Positions 13,714-27,459 of a DNA stretch of 64,000 bases are shown here, one piece after another (within the stretch, counting starts at the first letter, position 1; each line of letters opens with the position of its first letter). The stretch is from Octopus sinensis (taxonomy: Eukaryota). The translations under genes and the position numbers were made by a program. The stretch spans positions 76,818,001-76,882,000 of the forward strand of contig NC_043005.1 of the NCBI RefSeq assembly GCF_006345805.1, in the 5' to 3' direction. The notes under the pieces are model-generated. The model saw nothing but the letters and a program-made list of their open reading frames with translations, did no database searches and had not been told where the DNA came from.

Positions 13714-14049
13714 GTATACAAATATATATATATGTATACAAATATGCATGCATATGTTTATATATATGCATATATATATATACACGTGTATACATATATG
13801 CACACACACACATATGCATACATATATATTATACGTATGTGTGTGGGTGGATGAGGGTTGGATGGGTGTATATTATGAATGGAATTGGTCGTATTTCTAC
13901 CATTTCCTATTACAAATACCATTTTCTTCCCAAAAATACCTTTTTTTTCCCTCATTTTTCCCTGATATTTTCAATGCGCAATTCCATATTCGTTTGTCGC
14001 TTATTATTATTATTGCTGTTGTTGTCATTGTTACGTTCACTCGTCATCG

Positions 14050-14169
14050 TCATCATCGATGTTGTTATTTTTTGTTGTTATTGTTTTGTATGATTTTTAT
14101 TATTCGTAGTGTCATAATATGATTACTATTACAATTATCATCTTCATCATCATCATAATCTTCATTATT

Positions 14170-14226
<57 letters not shown>

Positions 14227-14265
14227 ATTATTATCATCATCATCATCATCGTCATCATCATCGTT

Positions 14266-14346
<81 letters not shown>

Positions 14347-14711
14347 TTATTATCAGCAGCAGCAGCAACATCATTATCATCATCGTCATCATCATCATCA
14401 TCATCATCATCATCGTCATCATTCATTAAGCCGGCTCACTGACAGAACCGTTAATACGCCGGACAAGATGCTTAGCATCATTTCGTCCGTCTTTTACGTC
14501 CTGAGTTCAAATTCCGCCAATGTTAACTTTGCCCTTCACCCTTCAGGGGTCGATAAAATAAATATCAGTTAAGCATTGGTGTCGACGTTATGGACTTAAC
14601 CGCCCTCCCGAAATTGCTGGCCTTCTGCCAAAATTATTATTATTGTTGTTGTTATTAATATTATTGTTATTGTTGTTGTTATTATCATTATCATTTTTAT
14701 TGTTGTTGTTG

Positions 14712-14742
<31 letters not shown>

Positions 14743-14765
14743 CATCATCATTATCATCATCATTA

Positions 14766-14825
<60 letters not shown>

Positions 14826-14840
14826 CATTATTATTATTAT
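14050..14840. repeat. Compound (ATT)n/(ATC)n/(GTT)n microsatellite field interrupted by a Meta-type SINE (~14430-14635)
   Basis: Directly visible; explains the poly-I/poly-D/poly-N pseudo-ORFs. Confidence 0.9.
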
Positions 14841-15126
14841 CATTGCTGTTGTTGCTGTTGTGCCCTTGCGGCATTTGAAAAATAAATTATTCCTATTCCT
14901 CTGTTTACTGTGAATATTACGGTTTTGTTTTTGATGATGGTAATGATTTTGATGATAAAAATGATCACGATAATGATGATGATGCTGAGGATGATGATGA
15001 TTATGGTGATGATAGTGGTGTTGGTGTTGGTGCTGGAGACGTCGACGAAAGTAAATAGATAGAATAGGTGAAAGCGACCGTGCAAGCAACGCTAACATTG
15101 CGGCGATGTTCATAATATATATATAT

Positions 15127-15177
<51 letters not shown>

Positions 15178-15497
15178 ACTAAAAAATAAAATAAAAGAGA
15201 TGATGAACGGATGGGAAGATGGAAGGAGTCTGCACACAGACGAAAATCAATAGCAACAGGTTGGAAAATCCATGTATATGTATATGCGAAAGTGTGTGTG
15301 TGTGTGTGTATGTGTGTGCGTGCGTGCGTGCATGTACGACTGCGTAGAGACAGATAGATAGATAAACAGGTAGATAGGTTGATAGATAGATAGGTTGAAA
15401 AAGAGATTGATAGATACATAGATAGATAGGTTGAAAAAGAGATTGATAAATAGATAGGTTGAAAAAGAGATAGATAGATACAGAGGTTGATAGAAAA

Positions 15498-15599
<102 letters not shown>

Positions 15600-16123
15600 G
15601 CAGCATATAGAAGGACTTCGAAAGTAATATGATATATAACGTATGTCTTAATTACAATGTTATTCTTGTTTTCGTTGATGTTGTTTAGCACCAGGACTAC
15701 CTGAAAAAGTAGACGATATTCAAACGAATTGCAGTTATCATCATTTTGTATCTAGAATTCCATATTTTGTGTTGTTCATCCTTACTTTAAAGCTAGCTGT
15801 GTTAAACTTAATCGTAATTAGGCTGTTATCTTTAGCAAAGTGTAAGCACTTGTGAGTCTATATATATACTTGTCTACATCTATATATTTATGCATCACTA
15901 TCAGCTTGCACACTCCTCTCTTTCCCTGCAACGTGATATATACATTTGTATGCATATATGTGTGTGCGTGTATATAATTGTGTAAATAGGAATATAGCTA
16001 TATATACTTATGTATTCATCTGCCATTCTATCAATATACATCTGCATGTGTATGTATAAGTATGCATACAGAAATATATGGTATACATACACGCAGGCAC
16101 ATTATATATATATATATTATATA

Positions 16124-16375
16124 TTCCTTCTCGAGCCACCCCTGGCTCATAGGGACGGTTTTCCGGTTTCCTTGGCGTATACATTCCCCACCTGGACGGG
16201 ACGCCGGTCCGTCGCATGTGAGCTGCAAGATGCAGGAGGAAAGAGTGAGAGAAAGCTGAGGTGAAAGAGCTTAGGTGTTTCGCTCATAAAAAACACATCA
16301 CCCGGTTTGAGATTCGAAACCGCGGACCCTCGACCGCGAGTCCGCTGCTCTCACCACTAGGCCATGTGCCTCCAC
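16124..16375 (-). mobile_element. tRNA-derived SINE with V-domain-like core
   Basis: Minus strand head GGAGGCACATGGCCTAGTGGTGAG..GGTTTCGAATC; core GCGACGGACCGGCGTCCCGTCCAGG; tail TATACGCCAAGGAAACCGG..GGCTCGAGAAGG shared with 63333-63578. Confidence 0.7.
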
Positions 16376-16376
16376 T

Positions 16377-16411
<35 letters not shown>

Positions 16412-16640
16412 ACATACATAGTGAGAGAGAGTGGGGGATAGAGAGATTTATCAATATAAATGAATGCATGGGGGTTAGAAAATGAAGTCTGTTGAAGGCA
16501 ACTTCCCTCAAGTGCTAATTTAGATACTGGAGTGTCCAATTGTGGAATGAAAAGTTATTCGTCGGGACCAAAATTTTTAACAAAGCATGAATATATGCCT
16601 ATGTGTGCTTGCGCAGAGACACACGTCAATGTGTAAAAGC

Positions 16641-16707
<67 letters not shown>

Positions 16708-16761
16708 TATAGATATATATATATATATATGAGACCTCGTATATATATATACATGTATATA

Positions 16762-17450
16762 TATCTAGGTTTCATGAAAAAGCAACCGCACTGTTGCCAT
16801 AATAACGAAGCTAAAGTACATAGAGTGAAGCTGTTTGGAACTTCTTGACCTTAAATTCTGCTGTGCATGTGCACAAAGTTTTAACCTTCTAACTCACTTC
16901 CGTTGTTTACAGCAGTGCTTGGAAGGAATGTGTGTAGCGTATGATCGTCGCATTGACCATGACAGAGAAAGCTGCACAGTGGTCTACGCAAAGTTGCAGA
17001 AAGAGTATGGAGAGGAGTGTATGCGTCGCATACAAGTGTACGAGTGGTTCAGATGTTTCCAAGATGGCCAAAAAAAATGCCGATTGTGACGAACGTTCTG
17101 GAAGACCCACAAACAATTAACTAAGAAAATCATTGCAGATATGCGTGCAGCTGTGAGGGGAAATCGTCGAATCACCATCCGTGAGTTATCAGATGATGTG
17201 CAGATTAATTACAGTTCAGTATTTGGGTATGAGTCGCGTGTCTGCTAAGTTTGTGATAAAACTGCTTTCAGCTCACCAAAGGACTGGTGCTACGGAATTT
17301 GCACATGTGGAAGAAGTGAAGGGGAAAACGACTGAGCAGTTAAAAGGCATAATTTTGCAAGTTTCCTGCACCATTTCAACTAGTGGGAAACGCGCGTGGA
17401 CAGATTCATTGCTTCAAATAGAGAATACTTTGAAGGCGATAAAAATGTAA
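16762..17450 (+). mobile_element. Decayed, internally deleted mariner transposon
   Basis: Frameshifted translation: KLQKEYGEECMRRIQVYEWFRCFQDG, DERSGRP, VRGNRRITIRELSDDVQI, LGMSRVSAKFVIKLLS, then C-terminal RFIASNREYFEGDK. Confidence 0.85.
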
Positions 17451-17742
17451 AACTATACATAATGATATATGATATATATATATTATATATAGGATATATA
17501 TATATAATATAAATGTGTGTGTGTGTGCGTATGTGTGTGTGTCCATATATTATGTGTACTCAATATCTGTAATATTATGTGTGTATGTGTATAGATTTTA
17601 TTTATGATATAATGTATTACAAATACGATATATTGTATGCATATAAACTTTATAATATTTTAAATATGTAATACATTATAAGTGTATATATGGACTCTAC
17701 ATAATATCGTATGTATATAAATCATTCTATATAACACATATG

Positions 17743-17807
<65 letters not shown>

Positions 17808-17880
17808 TAATAAAATAAATATACATTCTCATATAAAGATTCTTACGTGTATGTAAACTGCTTATCCACATGTGTATTTG

Positions 17881-17914
<34 letters not shown>

Positions 17915-17965
17915 TGTATGTATGTATGTATGTATGTATGCATGTATGCATGTATGTATGCATGC

Positions 17966-17998
<33 letters not shown>

Positions 17999-18547
17999 TG
18001 TATGTATGTATGTATGTATGTGTGTGTGTGTGTATGTATGTATGTATGCATGTATGTATGTATGTATGTGTGTGTGTGTATGTATGTATGTATGCATGTA
18101 TGTGTGTGTGTGTGCCTGTACGTCTATACCTATGTGCGTATTGTTGAATGTATATACACCGGTGCGTACGAATGCGGCTGAGCCTGTTTTAACTCGGCTG
18201 TTTGATTTCAAATAAATTGTTATATCGATGTAGACTGTTGTAGTTAAATGCAGATATAAATGAGATGTCATTGATTTTGAATAGATAAGTTATAATAAAT
18301 TGACTATGCACCATTTCGACATTTTGACAGATATGGTACTATGCTTGGTCCCTCGGAGAATAAGAAGCTGATGCTGTGTCAAATGGAATTTGTATTCCGA
18401 AGAGAAATTCATTTTGCTTTTCTGAACCATTTCTACGACTTTGTAGATATTTATACACACTCAAAAATATAGTTTTATACATACATACATACACACACAC
18501 ACAACACACACACACACACACGCGCGCGCACACACACACACACCCAC

Positions 18548-18626
<79 letters not shown>

Positions 18627-19395
18627 TTAATGAGAAACGGAAGATGGAAGATACGAGGGTTTTTATTAATGTATGTGTGTCTTGATGTTTGATATATAAT
18701 GTATCAATAAATGCAACTGTCAGCCAAACGAATGCTAAAACTGTACAACTTTAAAATAACCAACTAAACCGTCAGTGCCGTATAAGAGATGCTGCAATTA
18801 AATATCTTTAAGAAATGAAGAAAACGATTACTCGATGAATGTTATACGCTAAAACAAGTGTACAATGTTGACAAGACAACGCTTTTCATGTCTGCTCGGA
18901 CTTTTATTTCAAGTGGTGAAAATTCAGCACAAAATGCTTCCAAAAGTAATCAGACATTTTTTGTAGCCCTTCCTTGGGAGTCACTACGAAAATGTAAGGG
19001 ATTTCAAGTCTAATCTACTTGATATTTATTATTCAAAGAAGGTTTGGATGGTTACGAGACATTTTAAAGAGAGGTCTAGTAAATATTTTTGGCTCTACAG
19101 TATTAGGCGTAGTATTACTAATAAGGTATTGCAGCTTTTAGGAAATAGACCAAACCATCCAGTGCAGCTAATATTTCTGAAAATGTGTCCAAGAAAACAG
19201 CTGCTCTGCCCCAGCTAATGGATCATGGAAAGTGAAAGCGCATGACTTAATGGCTAGGTTATTCGATTCACGATTGTTTAGTTCTGAGTTCGATTCCCGA
19301 CTGCGCATTGTGTCCTTGTGAAAGACAATTTATTTCCTCTTGGTCCATTTCATTCAACAGGCAACAATGGCTCGTACCTGTTCTTCAAAGGGGAG

Positions 19396-19670
19396 AAAAG
19401 AGTTCCAGAGAAAGACCAAGGAGGGGAAAGAGCGAAATTTTCGTGGAAAAGTCCGAGGAGGGGGAGACGATGGGGCCATCATGCAAAACTCAGAGGATAG
19501 GAAGTGGGGGAACTTCCTGGAATAGTCCAAAATATGTGGGGGAGGGGGTTGAGGGGGAACTTCCTGGAAAAATCCAAGAAGGGACAGAGGGATAACTTCC
19601 TAGAAAAGTCCAAGGCAATGGAATTTCCTGTAAACGTCTGTGGGGAGTTTTCTGGAAAAATCCGAGGAGG
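19396..19670 (+). repeat. Degenerate G-rich minisatellite, core GGGAACTTCCTGGAAAAGTCC (~7 units)
   Basis: Units near 19400, 19437, 19508, 19555, 19592, 19620 and 19643. Confidence 0.8.
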
Positions 19671-19705
19671 AGAGAGAAAGGGGAGGAAGGAAGTGTTGGA
19701 AAGGG

Positions 19706-19739
<34 letters not shown>

Positions 19740-20093
19740 GCAATTAAGGACAACTACTTAATAAGGAAAACTTAACAAGAAATTGTCAGGTAGATAGCGT
19801 AAAAACCTCATAAGAGAAAAATTTCGAAAAAAATTATTTCTTATTGAACATATTAATTTATATATAGAGGGCATTATACATACATGCCAGGAGGCATTGT
19901 GGTAGAAATGACTGATTGTCCCTCTTAGCGTTTGGCATGTATATACAATGCTTCCTGGCATGTATGTATATGCCCTCTATATATAAATTATATATATATT
20001 ATATATAATTATATACATATAGATTTATATGTATGCATACATATATATATAAATTCCTCCTTAATGAAAGAAAATACACCTTAATGTAAGAAA

Positions 20094-20180
20094 ATACACT
20101 GTTTCTACTTCGAGGATTTTCACCTATCGCGGGGTGTGGGGGTTGAAAGTAACACCCGCGATAGTCGAGGGATTACTGTA
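20094..20180. mobile_element. pogo/Tigger-like MITE
   Basis: Ends CGCGATAGTCGAGGGATTACTGTA (CAGTAATCCC-type TIR + TA); internal CACCTATCGCGG motif shared with 62823-62940. Confidence 0.55.
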
Positions 20181-20199
20181 TATGAATATATATATATGT

Positions 20200-20415
20200 A
20201 TTTGCATATGTGTATCGTTGGCGATTTTTTCCTCCGTCTTCCCTTCCTGGGATCTTTCCTTTTCCTATGTTTCTGACGAAGAGCTCAGCTCGAAACGTTA
20301 AATCCTCCTTCTTTCTTTCCTTTTCTGAGCGTCCAATAACACTATACTTGTTCCACGTCCTCGCGTTGTTGTGTTTTCTCTTTGTGTTTTTTATGTTTGG
20401 ATTAACTATATTAAC
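20200..20415 (+). mobile_element. Short Penelope-like (pLTR-type) repeat carrying a hammerhead motif
   Basis: Flanks TTGGCGATTTTTTCCTCCGTCTTCC and GAGCGTC..AATA.. are shared with copies at ~29180-29345 (-) and ~51630-51755 (-). Confidence 0.55.
20269..20303 (+). ncRNA. Minimal type I hammerhead ribozyme motif (intact core)
   Basis: GTTT-CTGACGA-A-GAGC-TCA-GCTC-GAAA-CG-TT-AAAT: CUGANGA and GAAA boxes, 4-bp stem II, palindromic loopless stem III (ACGU), GUU site, 4-bp stem I. Confidence 0.6.
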
Positions 20416-20424
20416 TATATATAT

Positions 20425-20473
<49 letters not shown>

Positions 20474-21579
20474 TATATATTTGCCACTTAAACCTCGCGC
20501 AGAGATTTATTGTTGCTCATATATATATATAAGAGAGAGAGAAGCAGACTGACAGACAGAAAGAGAAATGTATGTGCAGACACCGCATATGGCGAGAGTA
20601 TCTGTGTACGGCTGTGTGTATCTTCACGTGAATAACTTGATTATTGTCTGTCGATATTCATATAACTTTTTTGCCTGAATGCACATCATTGTGAACATGT
20701 GCGCAGGCGCATGGATGTATATGTGTATCCACATCTGTATTTGTATAAATAAATAATTGAATACACGAATTGATAATTAGATATAAGTTGTATGAAAGCA
20801 AATTTTTATATCTTGACTTAATGTATGTGTGTGTCTATAACTATACGTGTATAATTTTGTGTTCGTCAGTGCACCTTTAATATGTAGCGATTACCGGGCA
20901 AAAGGTAAAAAAAGCAAATATATTAATATAAATCAACCGTTAAAACAGAGATTTATAAGCTTAACTGTCGCCGATTAAACATACATTTACATACAGACAT
21001 ACATCCACGCACATATGGCGTGCTTGTATGTATGTGTATATCTTTACTGTATAAAGAGAAACAAGCATGCATAGACAAAGATATACACAGATGCACCAAC
21101 ACTCACAAACTAATACACACACGCACATACATACATACATACAAACATACATCCATCCATACATACATACATGCATGCATACATACATACATACATGCAT
21201 GCATGCATACATACGTACATACATACATACATGCATGCATGCATGCATACATACATACATGCATACATGCATTCATACATACATGCATGCATGCATTCAT
21301 ACATACATGCATGCATGCATGCATTCATACATACATGCATGCATGCATTCATACATACATGCATGCATGCATACATACATACATACATACATACATACAT
21401 ACATACATACACACATGCCTGCATCGTAAACTGTGCAATAAAGGATTATAAACATTTATAATCTATGGTATTGTTCCAAAAGTTCACTTTTGTCTGACGA
21501 TCTGTTACATGAAACTCAGAACATTTGAAAATTTGAAAATTTAGTAAAATTTATGTAAAACACTGTACTTTATTCTATC

Positions 21580-21644
<65 letters not shown>

Positions 21645-21645
21645 A

Positions 21646-21680
<35 letters not shown>

Positions 21681-21682
21681 AC

Positions 21683-21740
<58 letters not shown>

Positions 21741-21753
21741 ACCTATCTACTTT

Positions 21754-21799
<46 letters not shown>

Positions 21800-21800
21800 A
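21580..21800. repeat. (TATC)n microsatellite; (CATA/CATG)n tract at ~21120-21420
   Basis: Directly visible. Confidence 0.95.
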
Positions 21801-22142
21801 AGATAGATAGATAGATAGATGAAGAAACATAGGAATAAAAATATCCATTACATGAACAGCTTCACATACCATCGTTAGTCAAACCTCCAACTGGTAAAAT
21901 AAGTATGTCCGAAATTTTTTATTGTAAATTTAAAACTCACTATAATTCGGAACTACTTAACACTAATTCACTAATGAGATTGCTACCGATACCTGTAAAT
22001 TAATACCATTATATCATTTCAAACCATTTAAAACTCAGTTCAGATCCATAAATATTTTAACGTTTATGATCCTAGTTCAATTTTCCATTTGATACAAATC
22101 ACTTTCAACGATCTTGTAACTTTAGTTTTGTATTTTTATGTT

Positions 22143-22324
22143 TACGAGGGAGCGCTGAAAAGTTTCTTGCTTTAAGGGTATCGCTAAAGGTGTGTTCTTT
22201 TACAGGGCTTTGAGAAACTGAAGGACTGCTGGAATAACTGTGTGAATCAGAAGGGGACATGTTTATAAAATCATAATTAAATCATCTTTTACCTAAAGCC
22301 AGGAATTTTCAGCCCACCCTCTTA
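22143..22324 (+). mobile_element. mariner-derived MITE with TA TSD
   Basis: TA-CGAGGGAGCGCTGAAAAGTTTCTTGCTTTAAGG ... CCTAAAGCCAGGAATTTTCAGCCCACCCTCT-TA inverted ends; internal FLQGFEKLKDCWNNCVNQKGDMFIKS* resembles a mariner C-terminus. Confidence 0.8.
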
Positions 22325-23175
22325 TATTTTATACTTTTACATCTCTATAATCATGCACATTAAGTACAACAGAAAATATTAAAAAAATAATGCTTATATT
22401 TTCCATAATTTTCGCTTGGTTTCTCGTTGGAAGCATTTATAATCTTTATATCACCTCATTTTTAAAACCAGTATATTTTCCCCAATTTTGGCAGTTATCT
22501 AAAATATTTTTATAAGAATCTTTAAGTGATAAATTTGAGATTTTAAACTGTGATTTCATACTGAAGCTTCAATACAAAAGTAAAAATTTCATAAATACTG
22601 AAATGTCGTCTTTGTGGTACTTAGAGTCAAATTCTCCATATTTTTCAAATTTTAATCATTTTAAATTAAACAATTCTTCAGAAATACATTTTTTACACAT
22701 TTTAATCTTTTAATTCTTTAATTTTTAAATTTTAAGTTTTTAAAATGTTTAATCTTTCATTCCAGACTTTCGGTGTTTAATTCTCAAATTTGCTTTTATT
22801 TTATTCTTTGTGTTTTCTTTTCTTAATTTTGAAATTTTTGCATTTTAATTTCCAAGTATTGATTGAAGATTAAATTTGGGCCTTCTCCAGTAATCAGTCA
22901 CGGCTTATTAATCTCAGTCTCTATGCTTTATTACATACATAACTATATTCTCCATATACTCTTATATTCTTTCATTGCTGTATCCGCTCTATTTACTTGC
23001 TCTTCTAGCTATTATAGTTAAGTTTCTCGAACTCTAAATCTATATAAACACATAACATACCTTGAGTCCACCGGTTCTTTTAGGACGTCACACAAAATTA
23101 AAATTACAGCTTTATTGAAGAATTGTTTCTATTACCCTTCAAAAGCTCTCTCGTTTCATTTCGTTCCATTTCATT

Positions 23176-23399
23176 ACTCTCTTTTCTCTTTTACTTGCTT
23201 CAGTCATTTTACTGCGGCCATGCTGGAGCACCGCCTTTAGTCGAGCAAATCGACCCCGAGACTTATTCTTTGTAAGCCCAGTACTTATTCTATCGGTCTC
23301 TTTTGCCGAACCGCTAAGTGACGGGGACGTAAGCACACCAACATCGGTTGTCAAGCAATGCTAGAGGGACAAACACAGACACACAAACATATTCACACA

Positions 23400-23445
<46 letters not shown>

Positions 23446-23600
23446 TACGACAGGCTTCTTTCAGTTTCCGTCTACCAAATCCACTTACAAGGCATTGGTC
23501 GGCCCGGGGCTATAGCAGAAGACACTTGCCCAAGATGCCACGCAGTGGGACTGAACCTGGAACCATGTGTTTGGTTAGCAAGCTACTTACCACACAGCCA
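23176..23600 (-). mobile_element. tRNA/CORE-like SINE with internal (TA)n/(CA)n microsatellite
   Basis: Minus strand head TGGCTGTGTGGTAAG..GGTTCAGTCCC; CORE-like CTTGGGCAAGTGTCTT; internal microsatellite; 3' half ends GACTGAAGCAAGTAAAAGAGAAAAG. Confidence 0.85.
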
Positions 23601-25849
23601 TATTTTATTTCATTCATTTTTTTCATAATATAAACACAAACGTGAACTTTTTCTTATATATTGCAATTGCATGACCTTCAATCATTCACAGTATCTGAGT
23701 ATTATAATGCATTTTCATTATTAAAACCTTGAATAGCTTCTCCTTGCACGATTGGGAGAAGCCCTCCGCTCCTCCCTTCACTCGTAGGATTATGGCTTGT
23801 ACTAAAATAACTGATACTTCAATATTTAATACTCTAATGTTGAATTTAGCTGCCTTTCACTATTAATTCCTTTCCTTCCATTATTTTTTCTTATACCTTA
23901 CTCCAAGGTATACGGCATGTAGTGAAAATTCTTAGAGAAGTGCAAGGCTGATTTTGATAGCAGCAGAAAGTATATTTCTACCAACGCCACCGCCAACATC
24001 ATCGCCATTAGCAATACTAAGTCCACCACTAACACCAACCAACAAAATCACTACTTCTATCAATACCACCAAGAACACCTCCAGCAACACGGTTAACAAT
24101 ATAACAATCACCACCGCCATCAATACCACCAACACCAACAATACCTCCCCCCCAAATATAATTGCCTACAATAACAACGATAACACCAACAACACCTCTT
24201 CCATCACCAGCATCGCCATCAACACCACCATCAGCATCGCCATCAACACCACCACCAACATCATTAGCCACACCACCTCCAGCGACATATTCAACACAAT
24301 TAGTGTCACATCCAGATCGACCAGACTCTCAATAATCATACCAACTCTCTACATCCAACAAAGGAGCCTTTATGTGGTTTCTATCCTGTTAAAACATCAG
24401 CCAAAATTTTCTTTATATTCCACCGACTATGAAAAGGGTAGCTTGTATAATATGGATTTGAGTTTTATGCACATCTAAAAAAAAAACGGGAGAGTCGTGG
24501 TTGGAATACAGTTCAAAATAAGTCTGCTTGATCAGGGAATTTGGGTTTAAAAGGCAAAAGCAACATTGGTATCACTAATAGTAACAACCCTATCACCGTA
24601 CGAACTCACCAGGTAGCTTGTTGTAGCACGACTTAGCTTCACCTGCAAGAAATCCCAGCCAAATCTCCCGCAAATCACATGCAACCGCTGGGTAATGTGG
24701 TTCTGAATTCCCAATTCAGATATTAAAAAAAGAAAAAGTCATCACGACTGCAAAATTTTTCATGGATATATTTCTTCAATATTGACCTTCTAACCCTTTA
24801 TTATAACCTATTCTGACATGTTTTAAATAATTTCACGTGACACATTCACTGGAATAACAGAGCAATGATTTGGACGTAGTTATAGTATATAACACCACGC
24901 GACCTTATAAGTGGATACAACGCCCAATTGTTATCTATGCTGTCACACGGTATTTTCACTGGATAAATAATAGAGCTGTAAACTTGTGGTGCAACTGTCG
25001 TTCGTACAAATGTACGAACCTTTATTCTCGTGAATGAGCCATAATCACTGCATAATGTGCAGCAAATTTTCAAACAGCAGCGCCAACATAAATATGTTAT
25101 AGCTCCAGGTCCTTCCATTACGCACGAATATTGAAAATCACAGAGGTGTGAAACCGGTGAAGTAAATGCTAATAAATATATTTAAAGACCCCGACTAGTT
25201 TTCTCTTACTTTTTTTATATTTCTACTTGTATGTATATATATATATGTGTGTGTGTGTGTTTCTGTGTATGTAATATGAAACAGGTAAATTGAAATCTTT
25301 TGGTAAATTAACTCGGCAAATAGTTTTCCATAACTCTCAATTCTAATATGTGTTTTGACTCACATACAGCACCAACTATGGATACATATAGATTGTAATA
25401 TTGGAATAAGCAGATGTTCTTCAAAAGGAAACAGCTGGAATTTACCCTAACTTATACTACACACACATAGACACACACACATGTATGTATGTATGTATGT
25501 ATGTATGTATGTATGTATGTATGTATGTACGGACGTATTCGAAGGAGTGTGCAAACAAAAGAAAGTGACATTCAACACTTAGTTTTTGGTACGTGTATTT
25601 ATTAAGAGTTTAACTCAACTTTATATTAGTTAAAGTTTCGTAGTTGTGAAGCATGTCCACCTCAACAGATGTTTAGTGAAGTGTGGAGAGAATTTAAAAA
25701 GAATTTCAAATGTTTCAGGGTATTTCGGCTTCCGTTAGTCAGCTCAGTTGTTGGTCTTCTTGGTATCACTGCAACGTTACATGCGTTAATTTTCATGGCT
25801 TACAACAGCTAGTGGTGTTGTTTTCTTACAGAATTCATTCTTTTGCCGA

Positions 25850-26663
25850 AGATTGGCTCCTGAAATAAATCATTTCACAAATGATAGAAAAATAACCAAA
25901 CTTGCATAATAATTTGTGTATGTTCTCGATAAGGTTTTTGATAATGTCAGTCTATGAAGACGTCATCAGCTTCGGTGACTGTTTCGATGCTGAACCTGAA
26001 ATCGTTGACATGCCTGCACCAAAAGGATTTTATCCCTTTCAGATATTGCATCATGAATAGCGGCTTTCTGTGATGGAATTGTATTATGAGTATGATGATT
26101 AATCTCTCCTTCAACAATGCTTTAAATATTGGTTTATGGGATTTATATCTGGCGAGTTTTGCAGGCTACAAGTTTGATCTTACGTGATCGTAAATATTTT
26201 CTGATATGCATTCTTGGGTTAAGAAGGCTTTGTGAGAAGGTACTGAGTTTTGGCGAAACGCGTAAAACCTCCCACTTTGTACTTCATCCATCCAAGTCTT
26301 AATAACTGTCTGCAGCACTTGGACTTATCCAGTAGCATTAATTCTAAGATTCTGTGAAAAGATGTGCGGAAGTATCACATGATGTTCATTACTTTTCACT
26401 TTTAAAACCATCACAGTTGCTGGTCTCTTAGCGTACATCACTTTTCTCTTTTACTCTTTTACTTGGTTCAGTCATTTGCCTGTGGCCATGCTGGAGCAAA
26501 TCAACTCCAGGATTTATTTTTTGTAAGCTGAGTACTTATTCTAGGGGTGTCTTTCGCGAAGTGCTAAGTTACGGCGACGTAAACACACCAGCATTGGTTG
26601 TCAAGTGATGTTGGGGGGGGGGGGGGGCAAACACAGACACACGAACATATACACACACCTACG

Positions 26664-26697
<34 letters not shown>

Positions 26698-26975
26698 ATA
26701 TATATATACATATATACGAGAGGCTTCTTTCAGTTTCCGTCTACCAAATGCACTCACAAGGCTTTAGTCGGCCCGAGATTGTAGTAGAAAACACTTATCC
26801 AAGGTACCACGCAGTAGGACTGAACCCGGAACCATGTGATTGGTAAGCAAGCTACTTACCACACAGCCATTTCTACGCCTACTTTGGAGACACCAGAAGA
26901 ATCTGTACATAACCATCAGCCATCTCTCTATCAGTTTTAGTCGAAATTTCTCATATCAGAAAAAAAAAAAAACAG
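25850..26975 (-). mobile_element. Decayed maT (DD37D) Tc1/mariner transposase, interrupted by a SINE
   Basis: Minus strand: FFSDMRNFD..WLCTDSSGVSK [SINE] MYAKRPATVMVL..LQTVIKTWMDEV..FRQNSVPSHKAFLTQECISENIYDHVRSNL*PANSPDINPI-N (one frameshift corrected). 37 residues separate the degenerate D2 and D3 positions; stop at 25947. Confidence 0.85.
26441..26880 (-). mobile_element. tRNA/CORE-like SINE with internal microsatellite, inserted in the maT element
   Basis: Same family as 23176-23600; AAAGT present at both junctions. Confidence 0.85.
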
Positions 26976-27459
26976 AAGAAAAACAAAGCATGCCACGATC
27001 TCGAGGAATTTAAAATTCGTTAAGTAACCGCTTGGTATGGAGCTAACGCTTTACCTGTATTTTGGTTCACGTAAATTGGTATCTCCTCATTTCATACGAT
27101 GCGTGTGTCCCGTATCAAATACCTTCGTGCTTCACAGTTCTTATAATCCAGTCCGACACCTAAATTCTAAGGAACGTCTTTGAGCATTAGTCTATTAGCT
27201 GGATGAGGTAGATCCTGTTTGGGGCTAAATGATAGGATCTCTGTATTTTGTTACCACCTCCACAACGACTCGCTCCAATCCAACCTGTATTACCACTGAG
27301 GAACCTGTAAGTGGTCGCTGGAAATAGCGAGAGATAATTAAGTTTTTCTTAAAAGACAAGATGGTCATGAGTGGAATGTCTCAGATCATAGATCTGTTCT
27401 ATCAAAATTCATCAGGAGCGATCAATGGTAATGATAACCGCGAAGGTTAAGATTATACT

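Noticed and set aside
21495-21530. CTGACGA..GAAAC hammerhead-like words (similar case near 59945-59980)
   Set aside because: At 21495 stem II cannot form; in both cases no NUH site or stem I partner follows.
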